From: Patescibacteria group bacterium
Lineage (GTDB): Bacteria > Patescibacteriota > Patescibacteriia > UBA10025 > JAHIVO01
NCBI GenBank assembly: GCA_041650915.1
Contig: JBAZKE010000002.1
Location: 144,638 to 208,637 of the forward strand
Direction: 5' to 3'
DNA: 64,000 bases
Of this stretch, positions 27,800 to 37,229 are shown piece after piece. A program made the position numbers and the translations under genes. The notes under the pieces were generated by a model. That model was not told the origin of the DNA and ran no database searches. It worked only from the letters and a program-made list of their open reading frames with translations. Position 1 is the first letter of the stretch, and every line of letters begins with the position of its first letter.

Positions 27800-29179
27800 C
27801 TATTTTCTGGTGATCAGGTCTTTCTTTTCCTTGAGCTCTTTGATCCGGTTCCGAATCTGCGCGGCGCGTTCATACTCCTGCGTCCTTGCCGCCTCGTGCA
27901 TTTGTTTTTCCAAGTTGCCGACCATGCTATTGAATTCAGCTTCGGGTATGTAGGGTATGTCGGTCGTTATGCGCTGCGTCACGTCCTCGTCTGCAAGTTT
28001 TGCGAGCGTGTCAACCTTGCCCGACCGCTGCCAATCGAATGCGGTGAAAATGATGCGCCGGTAAAGCTCCTCGGCGCGTTTTTTTTCAGCCGGGCCTACC
28101 GCCGCGGCCTGTACGACGAGGTTGAGATCCCGCGCGCCCGCCTCAATCATTTCGATGCTCCACCACGGCATCGCCGAAGCCCACCAGTACTGGTCTGAAT
28201 GGAGCGCACGGTCGAGCAGGGAACGCGTCGTCGGGTAGCTTTTCGCGGTTTTTTTCATCGCATCGACGCTCTGTATCGCGAGATTCGTGAGTTCCCACTG
28301 CATCGCGTGGATTTCATTATCTTTATCCTGCCATCTGGAAAACGGAGTATTGCGTTCAATGTCCCGCTTCATGAGAGCCCATGAGGACGGCCGCGGATCC
28401 ACTGAAGATCGTTTGGTGAAGTGGTCTGGCAGCTCTGAGAGCGTGACGGAGGTGAGTTTTTTATTTTCATACAGGTCAAAAAGGAGCTGCTCGAGCCCGG
28501 GACGGTGGTGTCCAAACGTTTCGCCGTCCATTGCGGTTACGAGATATTCATTACCGCCAACGCGGGTTCCGAGGAGCTGGATGAGCATGTCACTCGTGAA
28601 TACGCTCATGCCGATTTCAGCGGAGAGGATCCTGAAGCTCGCTTCACGTTCACGGAAAAAAATGAAGAAATCATCGTGGCCTCTGAGCGTGTAGATTTGC
28701 GACCAGTCGATTTTTTTTAGATCGCCGGAATGTGCGAGCTCGTCGAGGATGAGCCATCGGAAACCCATGGAGGCGGCGATATCGCCGACTTTTCTGTCGT
28801 ACGCCATCTCGGGCGGGAAGAATCCAGCCGGAGCGTACGCCGCGCCGAAGAACTTTTTATTTGTTTCCGTGTTGAGCTCAATTTGCCGGATGATTTCTTT
28901 TTTCGGCATGAGGGGGAGAAAGGGGTGGTACTTTGCGCTGCCGGTGAGCTCTACCTGGCCGCGTTCGGCGAGGAGCTTGAGATCGGCAATCACATCGAGG
29001 CAGCCGTACTGGTTGAAGAGTTCGGTGAGGCCGGCATTGATATTGATCGTCGCCCGGGCGTCAGGGCGTTGCTTTAAGCCCGCGAGCACCTTCCGATAGC
29101 TCTCGTTTGCAATCTTTCTGACCCAGTACTCTTTCTGGGTCGGAGGCTGGTAGATGTGGAGGAAGTTTGCCCAGTACAT
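27800..29179 (-). CDS. glycoside hydrolase family 57 with C-terminal UVR (UvrB/UvrC) coiled-coil motif
   Basis: HIYQPP, YHPFLPL, GFFPPEMA, AMDGETFGHH, SDQYWW; C-terminal LEKQMHEAARTQEYERAAQIRNRIKEL. Confidence 0.87.
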   Translation of the reverse strand: MYWANFLHIYQPPTQKEYWVRKIANESYRKVLAGLKQRPDARATININAGLTELFNQYGCLDVIADLKLLAERGQVELTGSAKYHPFLPLMPKKEIIRQIELNTETNKKFFGAAYAPAGFFPPEMAYDRKVGDIAASMGFRWLILDELAHSGDLKKIDWSQIYTLRGHDDFFIFFREREASFRILSAEIGMSVFTSDMLIQLLGTRVGGNEYLVTAMDGETFGHHRPGLEQLLFDLYENKKLTSVTLSELPDHFTKRSSVDPRPSSWALMKRDIERNTPFSRWQDKDNEIHAMQWELTNLAIQSVDAMKKTAKSYPTTRSLLDRALHSDQYWWASAMPWWSIEMIEAGARDLNLVVQAAAVGPAEKKRAEELYRRIIFTAFDWQRSGKVDTLAKLADEDVTQRITTDIPYIPEAEFNSMVGNLEKQMHEAARTQEYERAAQIRNRIKELKEKKDLITRK

Positions 29180-29199
29180 TGGTGTTGGTGGTGTTAGTA

Positions 29200-30453
29200 T
29201 TAAGCTGAAATTTTTTTGCCGCCGAGGAACCGTACGGCAGCCCCCTCATTCGTAGCGAGGTAACTGTCCGCAGTCGACCTAAAGGTCATTTTTTGCTGCC
29301 ACGTTCGTGCGAGCGAAATGATCGTCGACGCGAGCTTTACGGCTTGTGGATCGCGCGGGCTGACCAGGTCTGCAGCTGAGAGCAGCTCACCCGTTTTTTT
29401 TGAAATGATCTCGAGGCTCCACCACGGCTTTGCGGACGCCCACCAGAATTGGTCAGATGCATACCGCCTGTCGAGCAGTTCTCGTGCCGTCGCGTAGTTC
29501 TCGTGCGCCTTATGCCGTTCGATGAGGGCAGTGACGCGCCTGAGCAGCTCCCACTGGTTTTTATGGATGTCATTATGCGGGTCATTCCACAGCACGTACG
29601 GGTTGCCGCGCCTCATTTCACGTTCCTGTGTTGACCAGCTTGCCTTTCGGGGGCTGATAACCTCATTCTTCGTGTAGGTATGGAGAAGTTCGCTCATTGT
29701 CACCGTACGGATATTGTGGGAGGTGACAAGCCGTTTCCAGTAGGAGTCCCAGCCCTTCCGGTGGTGTCCGAGATTTTCGCCGTCCATGGCCGTAATGAGG
29801 GCTGTTCCGCTTCTGCTGTCTTGCCTAATCGTTTCCCAGAAACTCTCGAGCCGTTTCGGATTGCCATGAAAGGAAAAGTAGTCGCTAATCACTCTGTTTC
29901 GGAATACGATATTGAGCTGAGTGTTTTTAATGCGGTAGCGAGCGTTGAATAAGGTTGTGCTGAGTGTTCCGTTTTTAGATATTTCATCGGCGATAAGCCA
30001 CCGGTAGCCGAGTTTTTCGATCACCGGCGCAATTTTTCCTCCGTACGCCATTTCGGGCGGAAAAAATCCACGCGGGCGGTATACGGGGCCGAAGTGCAGG
30101 CGGTTGACCCGGGCGTTGAGTTTGACTTGCCGTCTGATTTCATGGGCTGGGATGAGCGGCAGGATCGGGTGGTACTGCGCAGAGCCGGTGAGTTCGATCT
30201 GCTTCCTCTTGGCGAGCCGTGCAATCCGGCCGATGATATCCGCCTGCCCGCACTCGGCGAGCTGCTCGGTCAGGGAGCCGGTGACATTGAGGGTGATTTT
30301 TATGCGGGGGTTTTTCGTGAGGATCGCGCAGAGCGGGCGGTAGCTTTCACGAGCTACCTTGCGGACGATTGCAGGCGACCAGTTTGGAGGCTGGTATACG
30401 TGGAAGAAGTTTGCCCAGCGAAGCGGTTGGCGCTTAGTGCTTTGATTGTGCAT
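29200..30453 (-). CDS. glycoside hydrolase family 57
   Basis: HVYQPP, YHPILPL, GFFPPEMA, AMDGENLGHH, SDQFWW. Confidence 0.87.
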   Translation of the reverse strand: MHNQSTKRQPLRWANFFHVYQPPNWSPAIVRKVARESYRPLCAILTKNPRIKITLNVTGSLTEQLAECGQADIIGRIARLAKRKQIELTGSAQYHPILPLIPAHEIRRQVKLNARVNRLHFGPVYRPRGFFPPEMAYGGKIAPVIEKLGYRWLIADEISKNGTLSTTLFNARYRIKNTQLNIVFRNRVISDYFSFHGNPKRLESFWETIRQDSRSGTALITAMDGENLGHHRKGWDSYWKRLVTSHNIRTVTMSELLHTYTKNEVISPRKASWSTQEREMRRGNPYVLWNDPHNDIHKNQWELLRRVTALIERHKAHENYATARELLDRRYASDQFWWASAKPWWSLEIISKKTGELLSAADLVSPRDPQAVKLASTIISLARTWQQKMTFRSTADSYLATNEGAAVRFLGGKKISA

Positions 30454-31909
30454 CGTGCTTATTTTTAATGGCGCGACCGTAGAGCTGCACGTATTTTTTA
30501 GCGGGGAGCTCCCACGAGTACGACTGCTGCATCCCTCTCCACGTCAGGTATTCCCATGCCTGCGTGTATTTATAGTTTTCGAGTGCACGGGTCAGCGCGA
30601 TGAGGAACGCATCGCGCGCGTACTGCCGGAAAACGAATCCGTTTCCCTTCCTCGTTTTCGGATTGTAGTTCATGATCGTGTCAGAGAGCCCTCCCGTTTC
30701 GTGGACGATGGGTATTGAACCGTACCGGAGGCTCTTGAGCTGGGAGATGCCGCAGGGCTCAAACCGGGATGGCATGAGAAACATATCTGAGCCGGCATAC
30801 ACTTTGGATTCCATCTCTTCCGTGAAGGGGGTATAGATGGCGAGTTTCTTGGGGTACCGGCGCGCTACCTTTTTGAAGAAAATGACATACTCCCTGAAAC
30901 CGCTGCCAACGATGGCGATTTGCAGGTTCATGCGCATGAGCGTATCGATTGTTTCCATGATGAGCTTGAAGCCCTTTTGTTCGGTAAGGCGGTTAACCAC
31001 GCCGATCACTGGGATATCCGGGTTTTTTTCGAGGTTCAACTTTTTTTGGAGCACGAGCTTATTTTTCTTTTTGCGGCTGAGCGTATTCCAGTCGTATTTG
31101 AATTCAATGTTACCGTCGAATGCCGGATTATGGACGGTGTAGTCGATCCCATTGATGATTCCGTGCAGGTAATCTTTACGGTCGCTGAGGTACTTTTCGA
31201 GGCCTTGGCCGAATTCAGGCGTCGTGATTTCTTCCGCATACCGTTCGCTGACCGTATTGATGGCGTCTGCGTGGAGAATGCCGCGCTTGGAAAAATTGAG
31301 ATATTTCAATTTGCCGATACGCTGCAGCGGATTGCCTTTCCCGTCATCGGCGTAGTATTTTTTCAGTTTCCACCAGTCTCCGCCCGACTGAAAGGTGAGG
31401 TTGTGTATCGTAAAAACTGATGCCGTATTCCGCAGCGAGGGGTACTTGGAACCCTCAAACCGCATCATATTTGGAATGAGTCCGGCTTGCCAGTCGTGGC
31501 AGTGGATGACGTCGGGCTTCAGCCTCTTAAGCTCAATCAGTTTGAGCGCTGCAATGCTGAACGTGCAAAATCGGAGGTTATCGTCCGGGTGCCCGTATAT
31601 TTTTGACCGCCCCGTGAAGAGCTTTTCGTTGGCTACGAAGTAGATCCGGAGGTTCTTGCTGAAGTCGAACGCGTAGTAGGAAATTGGAAATTTATTCCTG
31701 CCGACGACGACCGTCGATTTAACGTTCAGTTTTTCGAGTGGGAGGCCCTGCTGCTTTATGAAGCTATAGTACGGAGTAATAATCGAAACCATGTGCCCGA
31801 TGTTCGCGAGCGCTTTCGGCAGTGCCTTGGCGACGTCGCCGAGGCCGCCCGTTTTAGAGTAGGGAGCGACTTCTGAGGCGATACTCGCAATGTGGAGGCT
31901 GGAAGTCAT
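30434..31909 (-). CDS. glgA: glycogen synthase (GT5), second copy
   Basis: KTGGLGDV, IHCHDWQ, TIHNL, MPSRFEPCGISQ, TGGLSDTI. Confidence 0.92.
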   Translation of the reverse strand: MTSSLHIASIASEVAPYSKTGGLGDVAKALPKALANIGHMVSIITPYYSFIKQQGLPLEKLNVKSTVVVGRNKFPISYYAFDFSKNLRIYFVANEKLFTGRSKIYGHPDDNLRFCTFSIAALKLIELKRLKPDVIHCHDWQAGLIPNMMRFEGSKYPSLRNTASVFTIHNLTFQSGGDWWKLKKYYADDGKGNPLQRIGKLKYLNFSKRGILHADAINTVSERYAEEITTPEFGQGLEKYLSDRKDYLHGIINGIDYTVHNPAFDGNIEFKYDWNTLSRKKKNKLVLQKKLNLEKNPDIPVIGVVNRLTEQKGFKLIMETIDTLMRMNLQIAIVGSGFREYVIFFKKVARRYPKKLAIYTPFTEEMESKVYAGSDMFLMPSRFEPCGISQLKSLRYGSIPIVHETGGLSDTIMNYNPKTRKGNGFVFRQYARDAFLIALTRALENYKYTQAWEYLTWRGMQQSYSWELPAKKYVQLYGRAIKNKHDAQSKH

Positions 31910-31918
31910 GTATGCTTG

Positions 31919-32410
31919 TTAGAAGATTTTTGTCTGCGCGCAGCAGATCGCCACCGCCAGTGCGTCAGCCGCGTCGTCGGGCTTCGGTATGCTCTCGAGG
32001 TTGAGCTGGCGCTGAACCATTTTTTGTATCTGGGTTTTCGTAGCGAGGCCGTAGCCGGTGAGTGCCTGTTTGATCTGCATGGGGGTGAATTCACGCATCG
32101 GCACGCGGTGCTGCCATACGGTGAGCACGGCGACGCCTCGCGCCTCACCGACGGAGAGGGCGGTCTTTACGTTTTTTGAAAAGAAGAGCTTCTCAATGCC
32201 AACGGTCGCTGGATGGTATTTCCGGAGGAGCTTCGAGAGCTCACGGCTGATGGTATCGATGCGGCTCCCGAACGCTTCGCGGGGACCCGAGGTAATGACC
32301 CCGTACGCTACGGCTTTGAGGCGCGATGGCGTGTGTTCGATGATGCCATAGCCCGTAATCGCGAGCCCAGGGTCGATGCCCATGGTCAGGCGTTTTTTAG
32401 AGGCTCGCAT
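31919..32410 (-). CDS. ruvC: Holliday junction resolvase
   Basis: GIDPG, IEKLFF, ARGV, TGYGLATKTQIQKMV, PDDAADALAVA. Confidence 0.95.
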   Translation of the reverse strand: MRASKKRLTMGIDPGLAITGYGIIEHTPSRLKAVAYGVITSGPREAFGSRIDTISRELSKLLRKYHPATVGIEKLFFSKNVKTALSVGEARGVAVLTVWQHRVPMREFTPMQIKQALTGYGLATKTQIQKMVQRQLNLESIPKPDDAADALAVAICCAQTKIF

Positions 32411-33122
32411 TGGTGGAGCAGTTACCCACGTCATCATTTTCCTCAAGCTCTTCGAGCAGTCCAGATATCCGGTCGCGGACTTTTTGCTCTTCGATTGCCA
32501 CCATATTCTGTGGAATCAGCTCGGCTTCAGCTGACTCGGCGGCGAAGCCGCCCTGCTCGAGCTTCTGCTTGATCGCGGGCAGCTCTTCCACCTTGGTTGT
32601 GATGGTAAAACCGTCTTCGTCCTCGGAAAAATCTTCTGCACCAGCATCAATAACCGCGAGCTCGAATGTTTCACGGTCCGGTACGGCCTTTTTCGCGACG
32701 CGTATAATGCCCCGTTGATTGAACATCCACAGGACACTACCGGTACTCCCGAGCTTGCCGCCGTACTTTGCGAGCGTACTGCGAATGGTATTCGCCGTCC
32801 GGTTCTTGTTATCCGTTGCCGCCTCAATGACGATTGCAACGCCGTTGGGGCCGTATGCCTCGTACGTCACTTCTTCGATGCTTTCGCCTTCGAGCTCGCC
32901 CGTGCCACGCTTGATGGCGCGGTCGATATTGTCATTCGGCATGTTTGATGAGCGAGCTTTGTCAATCGTCATCCGCAACCGGAAGTTCATTTCGGGATTG
33001 CCGCCCCCATGCTTCGCTGCGAGCGTGATCGCATTCGCCAGTTTGGTAAAGAGGTTGCCCCTTCGCTGGTCCGAGACTCCTTTTTGTCGTTTTATCTGTG
33101 ACCACTTTGAGTGCCCTGACAT
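32397..33122 (-). CDS. yebC: YebC/PmpR family protein
   Basis: MSGHSKWSQIK, YEAYGPNG, TDNKNRT. Confidence 0.95.
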   Translation of the reverse strand: MSGHSKWSQIKRQKGVSDQRRGNLFTKLANAITLAAKHGGGNPEMNFRLRMTIDKARSSNMPNDNIDRAIKRGTGELEGESIEEVTYEAYGPNGVAIVIEAATDNKNRTANTIRSTLAKYGGKLGSTGSVLWMFNQRGIIRVAKKAVPDRETFELAVIDAGAEDFSEDEDGFTITTKVEELPAIKQKLEQGGFAAESAEAELIPQNMVAIEEQKVRDRISGLLEELEENDDVGNCSTNASL

Positions 33123-33247
33123 TGTAGCGTTTTTTTAATAAAAAAAATAAAGGTACCGCTACATTATAGCATATTTTGGCAAAAAATTCAATTTGAACAG
33201 ATGGCGTTTTTTAACTATACTGTAGGTACGCTACTGACAAAATATAT

Positions 33248-34330
33248 ATGAAAAAAAAGAGTATGGCGCTCGACAGCCCCAAGAGGGTCGAGCAGCTCGA
33301 TACGCAGGGCATGGTACAGTCCATTGAGTCGCTCGCGCTGCAGTGCGAGCAAGCGTGGAATGATGTGAAGCGGATCCGCGTACCGCGGCAGTACCGCACG
33401 GTGGAAAATATTGTCATCAATGGCATGGGGGGTTCGGCGCTCGGAGGGCATATCATTGCGGCACTTTTTGAGCGCGAGCTCAAGAAGCCGCTCCACGTGG
33501 TCAATAGCTATACGGTTCCGGGCTTTGTGAGCAGGAGTACGCTGTATGTCATTTCGAGCTACTCAGGCACAACCGAGGAGCCGGTTTCGACATTCCGCGA
33601 AGCTCGGAAGCGGGGAGCGAAAGTCATGTTTATCGGCGCAGGGGGGACGATCGCGGCGTACGCGAAACGGTATCGGATCCCTGCTTACATTTTTGAACCC
33701 CAGTTTAACCCGTCGGGCCAACCGCGGATGGGGCTCGGGTATTCAATCGTCGGCCAGGTTGCGCTCTTCAGGCGGCTAGGGCTGCTCTCGGTGAGCGATG
33801 CGGCAATGCGAAGTGTTGTAGAGCGTATTATTAAGCTGCACCACGAGTACGGAGTGAGGGTTCCGGCAAGCCGTAATGCCGCAAAGGAAGCGGCCCTCGC
33901 ACTCCACGGGGCGATACCGGTATATGTCGGCGCGCAGCACCTCGCCGGCAACGCGCACGTCTGCGCGAACCAGACGAACGAGAATGGCAAGACATTTGCG
34001 GCATACTTTACCGTATCAGAGCTCAATCACCACCTCATGGAGGGGCTGCGGTATCCGGCATCAAATCCACGCAACCTTCATTTCGTGTTTTTTGAATCGG
34101 GCAGGTACCTGCCGAAGATACAGAAACGCTTTACCATCACACAGAAGGTGCTCCGAAAGAGCGGGATTCCGTTCGAGGCGGTGAGGGTGCGTTCGACAAG
34201 CGCGCTCGAGCAGGTTTTTGAGGTACTGGTATTTGGCAGCTACCTCAGCTTTTACCTCGCACTCCTACGCGGCATTGACCCTTCTCCGATTCCATTCGTC
34301 GATTACTTTAAGAAGCAGCTGCAGCAGTAG
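33248..34330 (+). CDS. bifunctional phosphoglucose/phosphomannose isomerase (SIS domain)
   Basis: GMGGSALGG, SSYSGTTEE, QPRMG, QTNENGK, ELNHH, DPSPIPFVDYFK. Confidence 0.9.
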   Translation: MKKKSMALDSPKRVEQLDTQGMVQSIESLALQCEQAWNDVKRIRVPRQYRTVENIVINGMGGSALGGHIIAALFERELKKPLHVVNSYTVPGFVSRSTLYVISSYSGTTEEPVSTFREARKRGAKVMFIGAGGTIAAYAKRYRIPAYIFEPQFNPSGQPRMGLGYSIVGQVALFRRLGLLSVSDAAMRSVVERIIKLHHEYGVRVPASRNAAKEAALALHGAIPVYVGAQHLAGNAHVCANQTNENGKTFAAYFTVSELNHHLMEGLRYPASNPRNLHFVFFESGRYLPKIQKRFTITQKVLRKSGIPFEAVRVRSTSALEQVFEVLVFGSYLSFYLALLRGIDPSPIPFVDYFKKQLQQ

Positions 34331-34345
34331 CATTCCGTACACAGC

Positions 34346-34384
34346 AAAAAAGTTCCCGCATCCATGCTTGGCGGGGACTTTTTT
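34346..34384 (+). terminator. intrinsic terminator
   Basis: AAAAAAGTTCCCGC...GCGGGGACTTTTTT. Confidence 0.7.
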
Positions 34385-34416
34385 AGTACGGAGGTGAGAA
34401 GTGGTATACTGATGGT

Positions 34417-35997
34417 ATGCAATTGTGCCGCCGCATCGTACAGTTTTTTATGCAACACTGGTGGTTTGTATCGTACCTCCTGCTGTTTGCTGTTGCGATT
34501 TCGTTCCTCGCTTATTTCCAGACAACACCGGCGTTTCCGGACCCGGATTCGTTTTACCACGCGAAGATGGCACTGCTCATCGCCGATGAAGGTTTGCCGA
34601 CGAGTTTCCCCTGGCTGCAGGCAACCGTGCTCCGCGACAGCTTTATAGACCAGCACCTCCTGTACCACGTTTTTTTAATTCCATTCGTCAAGCTCATGGA
34701 TCCACTGCAGGGGGCAAAGTTTGCAAATGTGCTCATCGGGACTGCGCTCATCGTTTTTTTCTACCACCTTCTCAGGTCGCAGAAGGTGAAGTTCGCTTTT
34801 TGGTTTAGTGCTGCCCTGCTCGCCACGATGCCGTTTACCTTCCGGATCAGCCTCGTGAAAGCTCCCGGCTTTTCAATCCTGCTTTTGCTCGTGGGGCTGT
34901 ACTGCATACTCAAACACCGCCACCGGGCGCTATTTTTGCTCAGCATGCTGTACGTGTGGGCATACGGCGGATTCCTGCTCATCACCGTTCTCGCCGGTTC
35001 GTACGCATTCATTTCCGTGCTGTGGAACTGGGCTGAGCGCAGGCCGCAGAACTCGCTCTGGAGGATTGCGAGCCACAGCCATGAAGTTAAACTTTTCCTG
35101 TCCGCAGCGGGGGGCGTCATCGCAGGCCTCGTCATCAATCCGTATTTTCCCCAGAACCTTACCTTCTACTGGCACCAGCTCGTTAAAATCGGCATCGTTA
35201 ATTACCAAAATGTGATCTCGGTTGGCAATGAGTGGTACCCGTATAAGTTCGTAGATCTCATGGCGAGCACGACGATCGTCTCGATAATTCTGCTGCTCGG
35301 GCTCTACCTGTTTTTTTTACGGTACCGCAAGCCAACGAAAAAGCTCATCACGAGTTTTGTGCTCTTCCTCTTCTTTATGTTCATTACGCTTAAATCGCGC
35401 CGCTACGTAGAGTACTACGTTCCGTTCGCGATCATCTTCGATGCGTTCCTCGTTAGCCACCTCATTAGGTCGGTCGACTGGAGAGAGCTCTGGCGGTCTA
35501 TCGCCGGCTTTTACCAGAAACGCCGGGTTATTTCGACGCTGCTTATCGTATACGTGCTCGTCATGCTCCCGACCGTCATTATCCGGGATGTCAAGAAGAC
35601 GTATGCGGATTTTAAAAACGGCATTTCGGTGCACCGGTTTGAGGATGTCTCCGTGTGGCTCATGCGCTACAGCAGTCCCGGAGACGTGGTATTCCATTCG
35701 AGCTGGGATGAGTTTCCGATACTGTTCTACCACAATGCCCAGAACTACTATACCGCAGGGCTCGATCCGACGTTTACTTACGAGTACAGTGAAGAATTGT
35801 ACCGAAAAATGGTCGATATAACGGTCGGTACCCAGAAGTCGAACTTGCATGAAGATATTGCCGGCAAGTTTGGAGCGTCGTTCGTGTTCGTAGAAGCAAA
35901 TCACGGGCAGATGGACGGCAATATCCAACGCAGCCCGGGATTCCGGCGCGTGTACCATGATGACGAGGCAACAATTTATGAGGTTCTTAGCTTATGA
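34417..35997 (+). CDS. GT-C membrane glycosyltransferase, STT3/PglB/AglB-like
   Basis: many TM helices, DPDSFYH in first loop, SVGNEW, C-terminal soluble domain with SSWDEF...GLDP. Confidence 0.65.
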   Translation: MQLCRRIVQFFMQHWWFVSYLLLFAVAISFLAYFQTTPAFPDPDSFYHAKMALLIADEGLPTSFPWLQATVLRDSFIDQHLLYHVFLIPFVKLMDPLQGAKFANVLIGTALIVFFYHLLRSQKVKFAFWFSAALLATMPFTFRISLVKAPGFSILLLLVGLYCILKHRHRALFLLSMLYVWAYGGFLLITVLAGSYAFISVLWNWAERRPQNSLWRIASHSHEVKLFLSAAGGVIAGLVINPYFPQNLTFYWHQLVKIGIVNYQNVISVGNEWYPYKFVDLMASTTIVSIILLLGLYLFFLRYRKPTKKLITSFVLFLFFMFITLKSRRYVEYYVPFAIIFDAFLVSHLIRSVDWRELWRSIAGFYQKRRVISTLLIVYVLVMLPTVIIRDVKKTYADFKNGISVHRFEDVSVWLMRYSSPGDVVFHSSWDEFPILFYHNAQNYYTAGLDPTFTYEYSEELYRKMVDITVGTQKSNLHEDIAGKFGASFVFVEANHGQMDGNIQRSPGFRRVYHDDEATIYEVLSL

Positions 35998-37229
35998 TAC
36001 AGCGCATTCCATTCAGCAAGCAGATGGTCCCGCTTTTCATTGCGGTAATCGCCGTCGCCGTCGCTGCAGCCATCGCGATCGCCGCCCCCGACAAGCTGCT
36101 GATTCCAGCGGATAATGCCGATGCGGGAGTACGCATGCTGCGGGATGATTTTGAGCTGAGCGTTTTTTACAACCGCGGCAGCTGGCTCCTGAACGGTTCA
36201 ACTCCGTACGACCCCGAATTGTTTCAGGAGTATCCCCAGCTCGGGCTCATGTATGTTTCGCTGCCGCACGTTTTTAGCAGTTCGTACGCGGGCTACCGTA
36301 CCGCGCTGATCGTCATGAACCTGCTGGCGTATGGTGTGCTGATCGTCGTCACCTACCTCATACTCAAAAAACTCGGCAGGAGCAGCTGGCTTCTCCTCCT
36401 TTTTGCGCTGCCTTCAATGCTGTATTTTGCGATGAACAGGTTTGATATTTTCGTTGTACTGCTCGCGCAGGTCAGCCTGTACTTGCTTCTGTCAAAGCGG
36501 TATACGGCGTCCTGCGTCCTGCTTGCGGCCGCTGTGCTGACGAAGTGGTACCCGATTATCTTTGCGCCCGCGTATGCGCTCTACATGTACGCCCAGCTTG
36601 GCCCGGTTCAGTATCGGGCAGCATTGAAGCGGGGCATGATCGCGTTTTGTGCGATCGTTGTGGGTGTTATGGGATTAAGCTTTATGGTAGACGGAGTCCA
36701 TTCACTCGTGCCGTACCTTTTTCACTCTTCCCGGCCTGCTGGCGTTGGCAGTTTCTACTTCCATGTTGTGCAGCAATTTTTGCTCGGGCTCGGCCTTGAG
36801 CAGGTGAACTATTTCGGCATCGCAGTTTTTTTCTTCCTGCAGTTTATGATTCCGCTGCTCCTCCTCGTACGATTCAAGAAGCTTTCCGCTGCCCCCAGAG
36901 GTGATCGTTCATTGGTTTTATGGCTGACATTAGCAGTTTTTACGTTTATTCTTTTCTCTCGGTTTTATTCGCCGCAGTGGGTTCTGTGGTTCTTGCCGCT
37001 GCTCGTGCTCGTTGCGAGGACAAAGCTCGAGGTGTTCCTTATCATTATTTTTGATATCATTAATTACCTCGCATTCCCGGTGATCTGGCAATCGCTTGGG
37101 CACCAGTCAAGCTTGTTTACCGCATCGTCGCTCTCGCTGGTCGCGATCCTCGTCATTCTCACCGCCCTCGCGGCGAGGCAGGCCATCTCAGCGGGCCGCT
37201 TGCCGCCGCCAGTGCGGAGTAAGCTATAG
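35994..37229 (+). CDS. GT87/DUF2029-like polyprenol-phosphate-sugar transferase
   Basis: FQEYPQ, NRFDIF, LTKWYP, YSPQWVLW; multi-TM. Confidence 0.72.
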   Translation: MIQRIPFSKQMVPLFIAVIAVAVAAAIAIAAPDKLLIPADNADAGVRMLRDDFELSVFYNRGSWLLNGSTPYDPELFQEYPQLGLMYVSLPHVFSSSYAGYRTALIVMNLLAYGVLIVVTYLILKKLGRSSWLLLLFALPSMLYFAMNRFDIFVVLLAQVSLYLLLSKRYTASCVLLAAAVLTKWYPIIFAPAYALYMYAQLGPVQYRAALKRGMIAFCAIVVGVMGLSFMVDGVHSLVPYLFHSSRPAGVGSFYFHVVQQFLLGLGLEQVNYFGIAVFFFLQFMIPLLLLVRFKKLSAAPRGDRSLVLWLTLAVFTFILFSRFYSPQWVLWFLPLLVLVARTKLEVFLIIIFDIINYLAFPVIWQSLGHQSSLFTASSLSLVAILVILTALAARQAISAGRLPPPVRSKL

